The notes below the pieces were generated by a model. That model did not search any database, was not told the origin of the DNA, and worked only from the letters and a program-made list of their open reading frames with translations. Below, piece by piece: positions 19,808-30,288 of a DNA stretch of 64,000 nucleotides (position 1 is the stretch's first letter; each line of letters starts with the position of its first letter). Source of the DNA: Odoribacter sp. OttesenSCG-928-L07 (GTDB taxonomy: Bacteria; Bacteroidota; Bacteroidia; Bacteroidales; BM520); assembly GCA_030265965.1 (NCBI GenBank), contig JAJDHA010000001.1:65394-129393 (forward strand), in the 5' to 3' direction. Position numbers and translations under genes: made by a program.

Positions 19808-19811
19808 TCTT

Positions 19812-20207
19812 TTGATGAAAAAAACTTTCAATATTTTATTGCTGATATGTATTATTGCAACATGTTTGGCGGGTTCATCATGTAAGCGAAATAAAGTACC
19901 TCCTTACGTTATGGCAAAAGATTCGGTGATAAATATCCTTGTTGATCATCACATAATTGAAGGAATAATTGCTTACGAAAACACTAAAAAACCGAATACT
20001 CCGAAATATGCAACAAAGTATTTTAATTGCTATTTCGAAATCAATAATATTGATAAAGCTCGATACGATACGAGTTTAGTCTATTACTATCATGATGCTA
20101 TTGATATCGCTAATGTTGTCAATGAAGATGTTGTAAACAGATTATCGGTTATCGAAGCGGAAATCGATAAGTTGATAATGACGGAAAAGAAGAAGGGCGA
20201 TGAGTGA
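19812..20207 (+). CDS. Small lipoprotein (DUF4296-like, tentative)
   Basis: Lipobox LAGSSC; 131 aa. Confidence 0.5.
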   Translation: MMKKTFNILLLICIIATCLAGSSCKRNKVPPYVMAKDSVINILVDHHIIEGIIAYENTKKPNTPKYATKYFNCYFEINNIDKARYDTSLVYYYHDAIDIANVVNEDVVNRLSVIEAEIDKLIMTEKKKGDE

Positions 20208-20224
20208 TGAAATGACAACCCAAT

Positions 20225-20248
20225 CTTCAAATCTTCAAATCATCAACC
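20225..20248. repeat. 8-mer array (TCTTCAAA)x2 plus a degenerate unit; reverse complement of the TTTGAAGA family
   Basis: tcttcaaa tcttcaaa tcatcaac. Overlaps the deoC stop codon and its last codons. Confidence 0.8.
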
Positions 20249-20940
20249 AATCTACTTGCACCTATTCTAAATAGATTTGGTTGTAACCAATCTTTGTCGA
20301 GAATTGTTTCTACTAATTTTATGTATTCCTTTGCTTCTTCGTATGTTGCGATTCCACCTGCGGCTTTAAATCCGATTTTAATGCCGGTTTGTGAGTAATA
20401 TTGCTTAATAACTTCTAATATATAAACTGATGCTTCGATAGTTGCTGCCGGACTTATTTTTCCTGTGGAAGTTTTAATAAAATCTGCACCGCCCTCAATA
20501 GCTAATTCTGAAGCGAGAACAATGTCTTTCCTTGTTTTTAATGCTCCGGTTTCAATGATGCATTTTAATTTTGCCGAACCACAAACTCTCTTTATTGCTT
20601 TGATTTCAGATAGAACTTCTTCTGTATTTCCTTCGAGCAATTTACCAACTGAGATTACCATATCGATTTCGTCTGCACCTGATTTTACGGCGTATTCAAC
20701 TTCCGCAGTTTTAATGTCAATATCTGATTGTGCCGATGGAAAACATCCCGCAACGGAAGCAGATTTAACATTACTTCCAGCGAGCAACTCTTTTGTTTGC
20801 GCAACAAAATTAGGATAAGTGCAAACAGCAGCAACATTGTTTTCTTTAGCCTTATTACAGAGTTTGTAAATAACTTCGTAATTATCATCAACGCTTAGCG
20901 TAGTTAAATCAATAAATTGAAGAATGTCTTTTCTATCCAT
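20227..20940 (-). CDS. deoC: Deoxyribose-phosphate aldolase
   Basis: Schiff-base Lys motif DFIKTSTGK; class I aldolase TIM barrel length. Confidence 0.9.
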   Translation of the reverse strand: MDRKDILQFIDLTTLSVDDNYEVIYKLCNKAKENNVAAVCTYPNFVAQTKELLAGSNVKSASVAGCFPSAQSDIDIKTAEVEYAVKSGADEIDMVISVGKLLEGNTEEVLSEIKAIKRVCGSAKLKCIIETGALKTRKDIVLASELAIEGGADFIKTSTGKISPAATIEASVYILEVIKQYYSQTGIKIGFKAAGGIATYEEAKEYIKLVETILDKDWLQPNLFRIGASRLVDDLKI

Positions 20941-20945
20941 AATAA

Positions 20946-21914
20946 TTAAATTATTCCTTCGCGAAGTATATCATGAATATGAATTACTCCAATATAATTA
21001 TTTTCTTTATCCACAACCAAAAGTTGTGTAATTGAATTTTTTCTCATTGTCTCCAAAGCATTAACAACCAATACATCTTCCTCAATTGTTTTAGGCGCGT
21101 CGGTCATAATATCATTAGCTTTAATATTGTTGATATCATCAAACTTCGACATCATTCGTCTTAAATCGCCATCGGTAATTACTCCAATAAGCTTGTTGTT
21201 GTCAAGTACTGCTGCAACTCCGAGACAGTTAGAGGAAATCTCATAAATGATAGTTTTAATATCATCATTAATATTGACAAGAGGTTTGTTGTTTCTTTTA
21301 TATAAATCGGATACTTTTAAGTACAGTTTTTTTCCTAAAGCTCCTCCCGGATGAACTTTTGCAAAATCATTAGCGGTAAAACCTTTACATTCCATAAGCG
21401 CAACTACAAGCGCATCGCCGATAACTAATTGTGCGGTGCTGCTGGCGGTGGGAGCAAGATTATTAGGGCAAGCTTCTTTTTGAACGTTGGAACACAAAAC
21501 AATATCAGATTCTTGTGCCAAATAAGAAGTTTTATTTCCGGTAATTGCAATAACTTTATTAGCGGCAGTTTTTAAAAGTGGTAGAAGTAATTTTATTTCA
21601 GGAGTTTCACCACTACAAGAAATACAAATAACGCAGTCATGTTTGCTTATCATTCCTAAGTCGCCGTGAATAGCTTCACCTGCATGAAGAAATTGCGCAT
21701 AAGTGCCGGTAGAATTTAAGCTGGAAACTATCTTGTTTGCAACAATTCCACTTTTGCCGATTCCTGTAACTACAACCTTTCCTTTGGTTTCTAATATTGT
21801 ATTAACTGCATTAATAAAGCTTTCATCAATGTAATTTGCCAAATTTTTAATGGAATTGGCTTCATGATTGATTGTATCTATTGCAATTTGTTTTATTTCT
21901 TCTGCTGATTTCAT
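20946..21914 (-). CDS. KpsF/GutQ-family sugar-phosphate (arabinose-5-phosphate) isomerase
   Basis: SIS domain (VVTGIGKSG) followed by a tandem CBS pair. Confidence 0.9.
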   Translation of the reverse strand: MKSAEEIKQIAIDTINHEANSIKNLANYIDESFINAVNTILETKGKVVVTGIGKSGIVANKIVSSLNSTGTYAQFLHAGEAIHGDLGMISKHDCVICISCSGETPEIKLLLPLLKTAANKVIAITGNKTSYLAQESDIVLCSNVQKEACPNNLAPTASSTAQLVIGDALVVALMECKGFTANDFAKVHPGGALGKKLYLKVSDLYKRNNKPLVNINDDIKTIIYEISSNCLGVAAVLDNNKLIGVITDGDLRRMMSKFDDINNIKANDIMTDAPKTIEEDVLVVNALETMRKNSITQLLVVDKENNYIGVIHIHDILREGII

Positions 21915-21933
21915 TTTTTTAATTTGAATAAAA

Positions 21934-23127
21934 TTAATCCGTTAACAGTACTAAACCTTTGAGGTATTCTGTTTCGGGATGAAAAATATTTATCGGATGG
22001 TCAGGTGCCTGATGAAGCTGATGCACTATCGAAGTTTGTTTCTTCGAGTCGCCGGCAGCATTATAGATGGCGGTAAAAAAATCCGGTTTAGTAATAACTT
22101 GTGAACAGGAAAAAGTAAAGAGCAATCCGTTTCTGTTCAGCTTATTAAATCCTGCTGCATTTAATCTTCGGTATGCTTTCATTGCATTGTTCTTAGCATC
22201 AAGATGTTTTGCAAAAGCTGGCGGATCGAGAATTACTATATCGAATTTTTCTTCGTTATTTTTTAAAAATTCAAAAGCATCTGCAACAACTCCCTGATGT
22301 TCGACATTTTTACCGAAGTTAAGTTCAATATTTCTATTTGCCATCTCGATAGCATTTTCCGAGACATCAACGGTAACAACTTTTGATGCGCCGCCGGCAA
22401 ATGCAGCAACGGAGAAGGCTCCGGTATATCCGAAGACATTGAGAACACTTTTGCCTTTACAATATTCTGAAAGTATTTTCCTATTATCACGTTGGTCGAG
22501 AAAAAATCCGGTTTTTTGTCCTTTTACCAAATCAAGATGAAATTTCATATCATTTTCAGTGAAAGTTATTTCATCAGCTGAGCCGTAAAGAAATCCTTCT
22601 TTCAAGTCATTATCTTCAGTTTGCTTTATTGTTGAACCACTTTTAGAGTAAACAGCAACGAGCTTTTCTTTTAAAACATCTTTTAGAACTTCGGTCAAAA
22701 CAGGTAAAAGTTCAAGCATTCCTACCGAATGAGCTTGTAAAACAACAACTTCGTTGTAATAGTCAGCAATCAGTCCGGGCATCAAATCACTTTCACCGTG
22801 AATTAATCTGAATGAATTGGTATTAGGATTATCAAAAAGATTTAGAACTTTGCGACGATTAATAGCATTAGTGATTGCTTCTTTCCAGAAATCATTAATT
22901 TTTTCCTTATCAATTTTATTGAAAGAAAATATTCTCACGCAGATAGAACCATTTTGAAAATGTCCTGTTGCAAGATATTGTTTATCATGGGAAAACACTT
23001 CGACTATTTCGCCGTCTTGAAGTTCCTTAGACACGCCATATACAGCTCCAGAGAATATCCAAAGATGTTTTCTCAGGATTGATTTCTCTCTGTTAGGTTT
23101 TAGAAATACTTTTGAGAAATCTGCCAT
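21934..23127 (-). CDS. Class I SAM-dependent rRNA methyltransferase (RlmI/RlmK-like)
   Basis: PUA-like N-terminus, SAM-binding VLNVFGYTGAFS, ILDPPAFAK motif. Confidence 0.8.
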   Translation of the reverse strand: MADFSKVFLKPNREKSILRKHLWIFSGAVYGVSKELQDGEIVEVFSHDKQYLATGHFQNGSICVRIFSFNKIDKEKINDFWKEAITNAINRRKVLNLFDNPNTNSFRLIHGESDLMPGLIADYYNEVVVLQAHSVGMLELLPVLTEVLKDVLKEKLVAVYSKSGSTIKQTEDNDLKEGFLYGSADEITFTENDMKFHLDLVKGQKTGFFLDQRDNRKILSEYCKGKSVLNVFGYTGAFSVAAFAGGASKVVTVDVSENAIEMANRNIELNFGKNVEHQGVVADAFEFLKNNEEKFDIVILDPPAFAKHLDAKNNAMKAYRRLNAAGFNKLNRNGLLFTFSCSQVITKPDFFTAIYNAAGDSKKQTSIVHQLHQAPDHPINIFHPETEYLKGLVLLTD

Positions 23128-23146
23128 GACAATCTATTTCAGTTTA

Positions 23147-26100
23147 TTATAAAGTTCTTTGAATTTTTACTTCTTCAAAGCCCTCAATAATATCGCCAAC
23201 TTTTATATCGTTAAAATTCTCGATGTTTAATCCGCATTCGTATCCGGATTTAACTTCTTTAGCATCATCTTTAAACCGTTTCAGTGAGCCGAGATGTCCG
23301 GTGTAAATTACAATTCCATCACGGATTAAACGAATTCTCGTATTTCTTGTAATTACACCGCTTTGTACCATACAACCGGCAACGCTTCCGACTTTAGATA
23401 TCTTATAAACCTCGCGAATTTCAACATTACAAGTGATACGTTCTTCGATTTCCGGAGAAAGCATCCCTTGAATAGCGTCTTTAATTTCTTCGATAGCTTT
23501 GTAGATAACAGAGTAAGTACGAATATCTATTTGTTCTTGTTCTGCTAATCTACGAGCGCCGAGCGAAGGACGTACTTGGAATCCTACGATAATTGCATTT
23601 GATGCCGAAGCCAACATTACGTCGTTCTCAGTAATTTGTCCGACAGATTTATGGATAACATTAACTTGAACTTCAGGGTTGCTAAGTTTTAACAACGAAT
23701 CTGAGAGTGCTTCGATAGAACCGTCAACATCGGCTTTAACGATAATGTTAAGTTCTTTGAAGTCGCCGATAGCGATTCTACGACCGATTTCATCGAGTGT
23801 AATATGTTTTTGTGTTCTCAGTCCGATTTCGCGTTGAAGTTGAATTCGTTTATTAGCCAGCGCTTTTGCGTCGTGTTCGTTTTTGAATACCGTAAAGCTG
23901 TCGCCTGCTTGTGGAGCGCCGTTTAATCCGAGCATTAATACAGGAGTAGAAGGACCTGATGCGTCAACTTTTTTATTTCTATCATTGAACAAAGCTTTAA
24001 CCTTTCCGTAGTGACTTCCTGCAACGACAATATCTCCATGATGCAAAGTTCCGTCTTGAACGAGCATTTTCGCAACATAACCTCTTCCTTTATCTAAAGA
24101 AGATTCGATAACAGTACCTTCAGCGCGTTTGTTAGGATTACCTTTTAGGTCGAGCATATCAGCTTCCAGTAAAACTTTTTCTAAGAGAAGATCTAAGTTT
24201 ATACCTTGTTTTGCTGATATTTCCTGGCTCTGATATTTGCCGCCCCAATCTTCAACAAGAATTCTGATTGCAGAAAGTTCTTCCTTGATTTTTTCCGGAT
24301 TAGCACTTGGTTTATCTATTTTATTAATAGCGATAACGATAGGTACGTTGGCAGCTTGGGCGTGGTTAATAGCTTCAACAGTTTGAGGCATCACGCGGTC
24401 GTCGGCAGCGACAACGATGATAGCGATATCGGTAAGTTTGGCGCCGCGGGCACGCATAGCTGTAAATGCTTCGTGACCGGGAGTATCCAAGAATGTGATA
24501 CTTCTTCCGCTTGGAAGGTGAACTTCATAAGCGCCGATATGTTGTGTGATACCGCCGGCTTCACCCGCGATAACATTGGTTTTTCTAATATTGTCGAGCA
24601 AAGATGTTTTACCATGGTCAACGTGTCCCATAACTGTAACGACAGGATTACGAGTTACGCGGTCGCCTTCATCTTCGTCTTCATCAACGGTGATGTTTTC
24701 GTTGAGTTCTGCATCAACAAATTCAATGTCGTAACCAAACTCATCAGCAACAACAGTCATTGTTTCAGCATCAAGTCGTTGGTTGATAGACACGATAACA
24801 CCAAGGTTGAGACAAGTTTGAATTACTTGCATTACGTTAACATTCATCAAATTGGCAAGTTCGTTAACCGTGACAAACTCTGTAACTTTAAGAGTAGATT
24901 TTTCCGCTTCTTGAACTTCAATTAAACGGCGACGTTCTTCCTCTTTAAAGTCACGTTTATCTCTTCTACGTTTTGCCGATTTATTTTTAGTTTTATGTTC
25001 GAGTTCTTTTAAAGTCTCGCTAACTTGTTTTTGGATTTCTTCATCAGAAATAACATTCTTTTTGAAATCTTTTTTCTTTTTAGATTTCTTACCTGCATTT
25101 TGTTGTTGAGATTGTTGTTGTTGACCGGTTTTTTCTTTATCGCCGCTTGGTTTTTCAAGAGCTCCGGCTTTATTAGGATTAACAAAATCGGTACTTTCTT
25201 TTTTAATTCTTTTCCGTTTTTTCTTTTTACCGCCTTCACCATGTTCAGCCTTAGGCTCTTTTGGTTTTTCAACAGGAAGTTCAACTCTACCGATTATTTT
25301 TGGTCCTGTAAGTTTAGGAGCTCTAATATCGAATATTTCGGGTTTTCCTTCTTCTTTAGGCTCAGGTTTTTGTTCTTCGGTAACAACTTCAACAACAACT
25401 TTTTCTTCTTTAGTTTCTTTTAAAGGAGTACTTTCAACTTTTGGAGTTTCTTTTTCTTTAACTTCTTCTTTTGTAGCTGTTTCTACAATAACTTCTTTAG
25501 GTTCTTCAATTTCAGGTTTTTTCTCTGTCTCTTGAACTTTGGTTTCTGTTGTTGCGGTTTTTGTTGATTTTGTTGTAGTAATATCTTTCTTTACTTTTTC
25601 TTCAACAATTTTTTCTTCCTTTTTGCTTGTTTTTTTCTTTTTCTCTTCAGTTTTTTCGGCAGTCTTTTTCTTCTTTCCATTATCTTTAACAGAATCCAAG
25701 TCAATTTTACCGATTACCTTAGGAGTAGTTTTTTCTATTTCTATTTGGAAGATGTCATTATCAGCAGTTGTTGTTTTAGAAGAATCTTCTTTTTCGGCAG
25801 TTTTTTCGATTTTGGCAGTAGGTATAGCAGCAGGTTTTTCTTCTTTTTCTTCTTTCTTTTCAACAGATTTGTCAACGGGTAAACTTTCTTTTTCAGCTTC
25901 TTGAGAAATCGTAGGTGTTTGTTCTGTTTTTTCAACAGTAGTAGGTTTTTGACTTACCGGTTTTGGAGTACTAATAGTTGTACCTTTAATGATATATTCT
26001 GTTTTATCATTTTCAGTATCACTTTTTTCAGCGACTTTTTCAACCTTTTCAACTTCATCTATAGTTTGAGTTTTTTTAGCATAAGACAAAGTTATCTTAT

Positions 26101-26296
26101 CCGATTCTTCCTTCATGGTTTTATCGCTTTGAAATTCGTTGGTAACCAACTTTATCATAGTTTCATCCAATTTGGAAGTCGGGTTAAAATCCTCCTTATA
26201 ACCCTTTTTCCTCAAGAATTCAATGACGGTACTTGTACCAACATTAAATTCTTTTGCTATTTTGTTTAACCTTACTGCTTTTGTTTCGTCTGCCAT
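23147..26296 (-). CDS. infB: Translation initiation factor IF-2
   Basis: GTPase motifs [14 protein letters not shown] and NKID. Long K/E/T-rich low-complexity N-terminal half. Confidence 0.97.
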   Translation of the reverse strand: MADETKAVRLNKIAKEFNVGTSTVIEFLRKKGYKEDFNPTSKLDETMIKLVTNEFQSDKTMKEESDKITLSYAKKTQTIDEVEKVEKVAEKSDTENDKTEYIIKGTTISTPKPVSQKPTTVEKTEQTPTISQEAEKESLPVDKSVEKKEEKEEKPAAIPTAKIEKTAEKEDSSKTTTADNDIFQIEIEKTTPKVIGKIDLDSVKDNGKKKKTAEKTEEKKKKTSKKEEKIVEEKVKKDITTTKSTKTATTETKVQETEKKPEIEEPKEVIVETATKEEVKEKETPKVESTPLKETKEEKVVVEVVTEEQKPEPKEEGKPEIFDIRAPKLTGPKIIGRVELPVEKPKEPKAEHGEGGKKKKRKRIKKESTDFVNPNKAGALEKPSGDKEKTGQQQQSQQQNAGKKSKKKKDFKKNVISDEEIQKQVSETLKELEHKTKNKSAKRRRDKRDFKEEERRRLIEVQEAEKSTLKVTEFVTVNELANLMNVNVMQVIQTCLNLGVIVSINQRLDAETMTVVADEFGYDIEFVDAELNENITVDEDEDEGDRVTRNPVVTVMGHVDHGKTSLLDNIRKTNVIAGEAGGITQHIGAYEVHLPSGRSITFLDTPGHEAFTAMRARGAKLTDIAIIVVAADDRVMPQTVEAINHAQAANVPIVIAINKIDKPSANPEKIKEELSAIRILVEDWGGKYQSQEISAKQGINLDLLLEKVLLEADMLDLKGNPNKRAEGTVIESSLDKGRGYVAKMLVQDGTLHHGDIVVAGSHYGKVKALFNDRNKKVDASGPSTPVLMLGLNGAPQAGDSFTVFKNEHDAKALANKRIQLQREIGLRTQKHITLDEIGRRIAIGDFKELNIIVKADVDGSIEALSDSLLKLSNPEVQVNVIHKSVGQITENDVMLASASNAIIVGFQVRPSLGARRLAEQEQIDIRTYSVIYKAIEEIKDAIQGMLSPEIEERITCNVEIREVYKISKVGSVAGCMVQSGVITRNTRIRLIRDGIVIYTGHLGSLKRFKDDAKEVKSGYECGLNIENFNDIKVGDIIEGFEEVKIQRTL

Positions 26297-26316
26297 ATTA
26301 TAATTTATATTAATAA

Positions 26317-27549
26317 TTATTCTTCAAATTCTGCTTCAAGAATTTTCAATACGTCTCTAAGAGTTTCTTCTTCCAAATCGGTACGTTTCATCAAGTCGTC
26401 AAAATTCAATTCCATAACGCTACGTGCCGTATCACAACCGATTCCTTTAAGAACATCAATGATCCATGGTTCGATTTCATCGGTGAAAAGATCAAGATTA
26501 ACGTCGTCAACATCAGATTCTCTGTAAACATCGATATCATAACCGGTTAGTTTACTTGCTAATTTAATATTATACCCATTTTTACCGATTGCATAATATA
26601 CTTGATCGGGGTCCATATACACATCAGCTTTTTTCGTATCATTATGAAGAACAACGGAAGAAATTTTTGCCGGACTTAATGCTCTTGTTATGAAAAGGGT
26701 AGGATTGTTTGTATAATTTACCACGTCAATATTTTCGCTTTTTAATTCGCGAACTATAACGTGGATACGAGATCCTTTCATTCCGACGCAAGCTCCTACA
26801 GGATCTATGCGGTCGTCATAAGATTCGACTGCAATTTTAGCTCGTTTACCCGGAATTCTAACAATTTTCTTAATAGTGATTAATCCGTCGAAAACTTCCG
26901 GAACTTCAGCTTCGAACAAACGTTCAAGGAATACCGGTGATGTTCTTGATAAGATAATATATGGGATATTATTTCTCAGTTCAACCCTTGATACTACTGC
27001 GCGAATGATATCGCCTTTATGGTAATAATCTTCAGGTATTTGTTCAGTTTTTGGAAGAATTAATTCAATACCTTCATCGTCTAAAATGAGCATTTCTCTT
27101 TTCCATACTTGGTAAACTTCGCCTGTAACAATTTCGCCGACTTTATCAACGTATTTTTTGTAGATACTGTTTTTCTCATATTCTTGCACCTTAGCGCTTA
27201 GGCTTTGGCGGATAGCTAAAATATCGCGTCTTCCAAAGTGGCTAATGCTGATACTTTCCACGAAGTCTTCACCCACCTCATAATCGGGTTCTGTGTTAAT
27301 TGCTTCGGAATAAGCAATTTGTAGGTTTGGGTCTTCTACTTCATTATCTTCAACAATGAGTCGTGTTCTCCATATTTCAAAGTCGCCGCGATTAACATTG
27401 ACAATCACATCAATATTTTCATCAGTGCCGTATTTTTTCACGAGCATACTTCTGAAAACGTCCTCTAAGATTCTCATCATAGTGGTTCTATCAATGTTTT
27501 TAAACTCCTGAAATTCGGAAAACGATTCAACTAAATTAATACTTTCCAT
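26317..27549 (-). CDS. nusA: Transcription termination/antitermination factor NusA
   Basis: N-terminal domain, S1 and two KH domains. Conserved position between rimP and infB. Confidence 0.95.
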   Translation of the reverse strand: MESINLVESFSEFQEFKNIDRTTMMRILEDVFRSMLVKKYGTDENIDVIVNVNRGDFEIWRTRLIVEDNEVEDPNLQIAYSEAINTEPDYEVGEDFVESISISHFGRRDILAIRQSLSAKVQEYEKNSIYKKYVDKVGEIVTGEVYQVWKREMLILDDEGIELILPKTEQIPEDYYHKGDIIRAVVSRVELRNNIPYIILSRTSPVFLERLFEAEVPEVFDGLITIKKIVRIPGKRAKIAVESYDDRIDPVGACVGMKGSRIHVIVRELKSENIDVVNYTNNPTLFITRALSPAKISSVVLHNDTKKADVYMDPDQVYYAIGKNGYNIKLASKLTGYDIDVYRESDVDDVNLDLFTDEIEPWIIDVLKGIGCDTARSVMELNFDDLMKRTDLEEETLRDVLKILEAEFEE

Positions 27550-27562
27550 TGGTTATTTATAT

Positions 27563-28033
27563 TTATTTAAAATCAAAAAATAGCTTTGTTATTTTTACAT
27601 CATTAAAATTTAAAAAGATGTCTTCTTCCGCTTTAACTTTAGCTTTTTGTCCTTTCTTTACATTCGATAATGTTTGTTTTGTAAGAGTAAAGCCTTGGTC
27701 AGAAACATTTTTGAGAATACCTTTTACGATTTTTTCGTCGTTAAACGTTGCAATAACTTCCTTGCCGATGTTTTTTCGATATTGTCTGATAACAGTAAAC
27801 GGCGATGTAACGCCAGCTGAGCTAATCATCAGATTATAATCTTCTTTATCACGGTCGAAATTACTTTCAATATGTCGGTTTAAAGCCACACAGTTGTCGA
27901 TAGTAACAAAAGTATCACTATCGAGATATATTTCAATATTATTTTTATCAGAAACATTTATCTCCACTGCGAAGATATCAGAATCAACAAAAAAATCATT
28001 TACTAATGTTATTATTTCTTTATTATCTATCAT
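27563..28033 (-). CDS. rimP: Ribosome maturation factor RimP
   Basis: 156 aa, immediately upstream of nusA. Family-typical length and synteny. Confidence 0.85.
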   Translation of the reverse strand: MIDNKEIITLVNDFFVDSDIFAVEINVSDKNNIEIYLDSDTFVTIDNCVALNRHIESNFDRDKEDYNLMISSAGVTSPFTVIRQYRKNIGKEVIATFNDEKIVKGILKNVSDQGFTLTKQTLSNVKKGQKAKVKAEEDIFLNFNDVKITKLFFDFK

Positions 28034-28043
28034 AAATTAAAGG

Positions 28044-28072
28044 CAAAAAAGAAGGGGATTCTTGCATCCCCT
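28044..28072 (-). terminator. Intrinsic-terminator-like hairpin in the rimP-nusA-infB leader
   Basis: The minus strand reads AGGGGAT-gcaaga-ATCCCCT followed by TCTTTTTTG. It ends about 10 nt before the rimP ATG. Confidence 0.55.
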
Positions 28073-28108
28073 CAAAATCAACATCTTAATCATTATAAAT
28101 TTGCGCTG

Positions 28109-28116
28109 CAAAAATA
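28109..28116 (-). promoter_or_regulatory. -7 box TATTTTTG upstream of the rimP leader hairpin
   Basis: Exact TAnnTTTG match on the minus strand, 75 nt upstream of the rimP ATG. Confidence 0.4.
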
Positions 28117-28164
28117 ATATAATTTTTTAAAATATGCAAGTTTTTTGTTGTAAAAAGCTTGAAA

Positions 28165-28227
28165 GTGACGGGTGACGGGTGACGAGTGATGGGTGACGAG
28201 TGACGGGTGACGGGTGACGAGTGACGG
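28165..28227 (-). repeat. Heptamer array 1: (GTCACNC)x9 on the minus strand
   Basis: The + strand reads gtgacgg gtgacgg gtgacga gtgatgg gtgacga gtgacgg gtgacgg gtgacga gtgacgg. Lies 14 nt downstream of the tRNA-methyltransferase stop. Confidence 0.95.
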
Positions 28228-28241
28228 ATTCTGTCATATTG

Positions 28242-28940
28242 CTAAATCAACAAATCACCAATAATATCATTATACTTTTCATCTCCAATAACAAATCTGT
28301 CATTAATTCGTTCTTCCTTATTTTTTTGAAATACTAAAATCATTCTTTTCGGATTTTCATCGTTTCCTTTAGAAAATATTTCAACAGTTTGATTGCAAAA
28401 TAATCCCTCAATCAAAGCGGTTCGTATAAATCCGCGCGCTTCGGATGTGGGAAGAATACAAATAAATTTACCTTCTTTGCTCATTAATTCTTCAACGCAA
28501 AATGCAAGAACATTAAACGGCAGATTATCATTATGTCGCGCTAAATCTTTTAATTGATTTCCCGACTTTAAAGAATTTTCAAAATACGGTGGATTGGATA
28601 TTATTAAATCAAATTTCTTTTTGTGATTTTGATGAAAATTTTGCAATGAAATATGTTTTGTTTCCATTCTATTGCTCCAAGGAGAATTGATGAAATTTTC
28701 TGTTGCCTCATTAAATGAATTTTCATCAATATCTATAGCAGTGATTTCTGCGTTTGGAAACTTTTGTGCTGAGATAAGCGCAAGAACTCCGCAACCTGTT
28801 CCGATATCTAAAATTTTTGAAATGTTTTCTTTGTCGGCAATAAGTTTTGATAGATATCCTCCGAGTACTACGGCATCTGTACCTACTCTCATTGTACTCT
28901 TCGAATGCGAAAGTTCAAATTGTTGGAATTTAAAAATCAT
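28242..28940 (-). CDS. tRNA1(Val) (adenine37-N6)-methyltransferase-like (YfiC/TrmN6 family)
   Basis: SAM motif ILDIGTGCGVLAL; N6-adenine MTase motif IISNPPYF. Confidence 0.75.
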   Translation of the reverse strand: MIFKFQQFELSHSKSTMRVGTDAVVLGGYLSKLIADKENISKILDIGTGCGVLALISAQKFPNAEITAIDIDENSFNEATENFINSPWSNRMETKHISLQNFHQNHKKKFDLIISNPPYFENSLKSGNQLKDLARHNDNLPFNVLAFCVEELMSKEGKFICILPTSEARGFIRTALIEGLFCNQTVEIFSKGNDENPKRMILVFQKNKEERINDRFVIGDEKYNDIIGDLLI

Positions 28941-30262
28941 GAAACTTTTATTTTTTTAGGTGCCATTAACCATAATAAACCACCTCTGAAAGCTAAATAA
29001 AACAAGAATGCAATCCATAATCCATTGTTCCCCATAGTATTAATTAAAACGAAATACAAAATAAAAAATACAGCGGTTGCAATAAACATAGAGTTTCTCA
29101 TAGTTTTGGATTCTGTTGCTCCAATGTAAATTCCATCGAAAAGAAATGCAGCAAAACCGCAAATAGGAACTAATAGACTCCAGATGATATATTCCATTGC
29201 AGTATTAATAACTTCTCGATTGTTGGTTAATAATGACAAGATATTTCTTCCCCAGAAAAGATAAATCAATGTGAAAGCGATTGTTATGATAATTCCCCAT
29301 CGTAATAATAATTTCACAGACTGTTGTAATGAACGATTGTCTTTTGCGCCGATATATTTTCCAACCAAAGCTTCACCAGCGTAAGCAAACCCATCCATGA
29401 TGTAGGAAAACAAAGTAAAAAGTTGCATCAACAAAGTATTTACAGCTAAGATTCTGTCGCCCATAGATGCTGATATTGCCGGAATAAATGTGAACACTGC
29501 AACTAAACACAAAGTACGTAAAAAGATGTCGCTGTTGACTTTGAAAAAAGTTTTCATCTCTTGAAACTTCAAACTTTCTTTTATTTCGATATCCTTTCTA
29601 AGATAACCGTATTTTTTTATCCAGAGAATTATCGCGATAATGAGTCCGCTGTATTGAGCTAAAACTGTTCCCATTGCTACACCTCTGATTCCGAGCTTTA
29701 AAACGACGGCAAAAATCAAGCTGAAAATAATATTGACAACATTCAAGGTTATTGCAACAATCATCGGATATTTAGCATTTTGCATTCCGATAAACCAACC
29801 TTTTAGAACGTATAATCCGAGTGTTGCAGGTGCTGCCCAAATACGAATATAGAAATAGCTGAGGGCTAAATTTATTGTATCTTCAGAACCTTTAATCAGC
29901 TTTCCCGACAGCCAACCGACTGGCGACTGTAAAAGAATTAGTAGAGTTGCAATGGAAACAGCAATGGCGCTTCCTCGTACTAAAATTTTCAAGCATTCCT
30001 TTGTGTCGTTAGCTCCGTATGCTTGCGCGGTAAATCCGCTTGTGCCCATTCTCAAAAATCCGAAGTTCCAATAAATGAGGTTGAAAATCATTGTGCCTAA
30101 AGCTATTGCGCCGATGTGTTTTTCATCACCAATATGACCAACGATTGCAAGGTCAACCATACCTAATAACGGGACAGTTATATTGGTGATAATGTTGGGG
30201 ATAGCTAAATTTAAAATTTTCTTATTCAAAATATTTTTTTTCGTTTTGCAAAAGTAGTACAT
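28937..30262 (-). CDS. MATE-family efflux transporter
   Basis: 12-TM protein with the MATE N-terminal signature LNLAIPNIITNITVPLLGMVD. Start placed at the first ATG (the track start at 30268 is TTG). Confidence 0.85.
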   Translation of the reverse strand: MYYFCKTKKNILNKKILNLAIPNIITNITVPLLGMVDLAIVGHIGDEKHIGAIALGTMIFNLIYWNFGFLRMGTSGFTAQAYGANDTKECLKILVRGSAIAVSIATLLILLQSPVGWLSGKLIKGSEDTINLALSYFYIRIWAAPATLGLYVLKGWFIGMQNAKYPMIVAITLNVVNIIFSLIFAVVLKLGIRGVAMGTVLAQYSGLIIAIILWIKKYGYLRKDIEIKESLKFQEMKTFFKVNSDIFLRTLCLVAVFTFIPAISASMGDRILAVNTLLMQLFTLFSYIMDGFAYAGEALVGKYIGAKDNRSLQQSVKLLLRWGIIITIAFTLIYLFWGRNILSLLTNNREVINTAMEYIIWSLLVPICGFAAFLFDGIYIGATESKTMRNSMFIATAVFFILYFVLINTMGNNGLWIAFLFYLAFRGGLLWLMAPKKIKVS

Positions 30263-30265
30263 TTG
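30258..30265 (+). promoter_or_regulatory. -7 box TACATTTG upstream of the cytidylate-kinase-like gene
   Basis: Exact TAnnTTTG match, 23 nt upstream of the ATG at 30289. This favours that start over 30268. Confidence 0.4.
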
Positions 30266-30288
30266 CAATGTATTTAATCTTATTTTTT

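Noticed and set aside
24356-26269. ORFs on both strands within infB (for example 24356..24925, 25025..25423, 25539..25904, 25901..26269), and whether the K/E-rich region is a separate repeat element
   Set aside because: These are out-of-frame or antisense readings of the IF-2 gene. A long Lys/Glu/Thr-rich N-terminal region is a normal feature of Bacteroidota IF-2.
28165-28227. Could the heptamer or 9-mer arrays be CRISPR arrays?
   Set aside because: The units are 7-9 nt and directly abutting, with no unique spacers. No cas genes or leader are present. They are microsatellite-like tandem repeats, not CRISPR.
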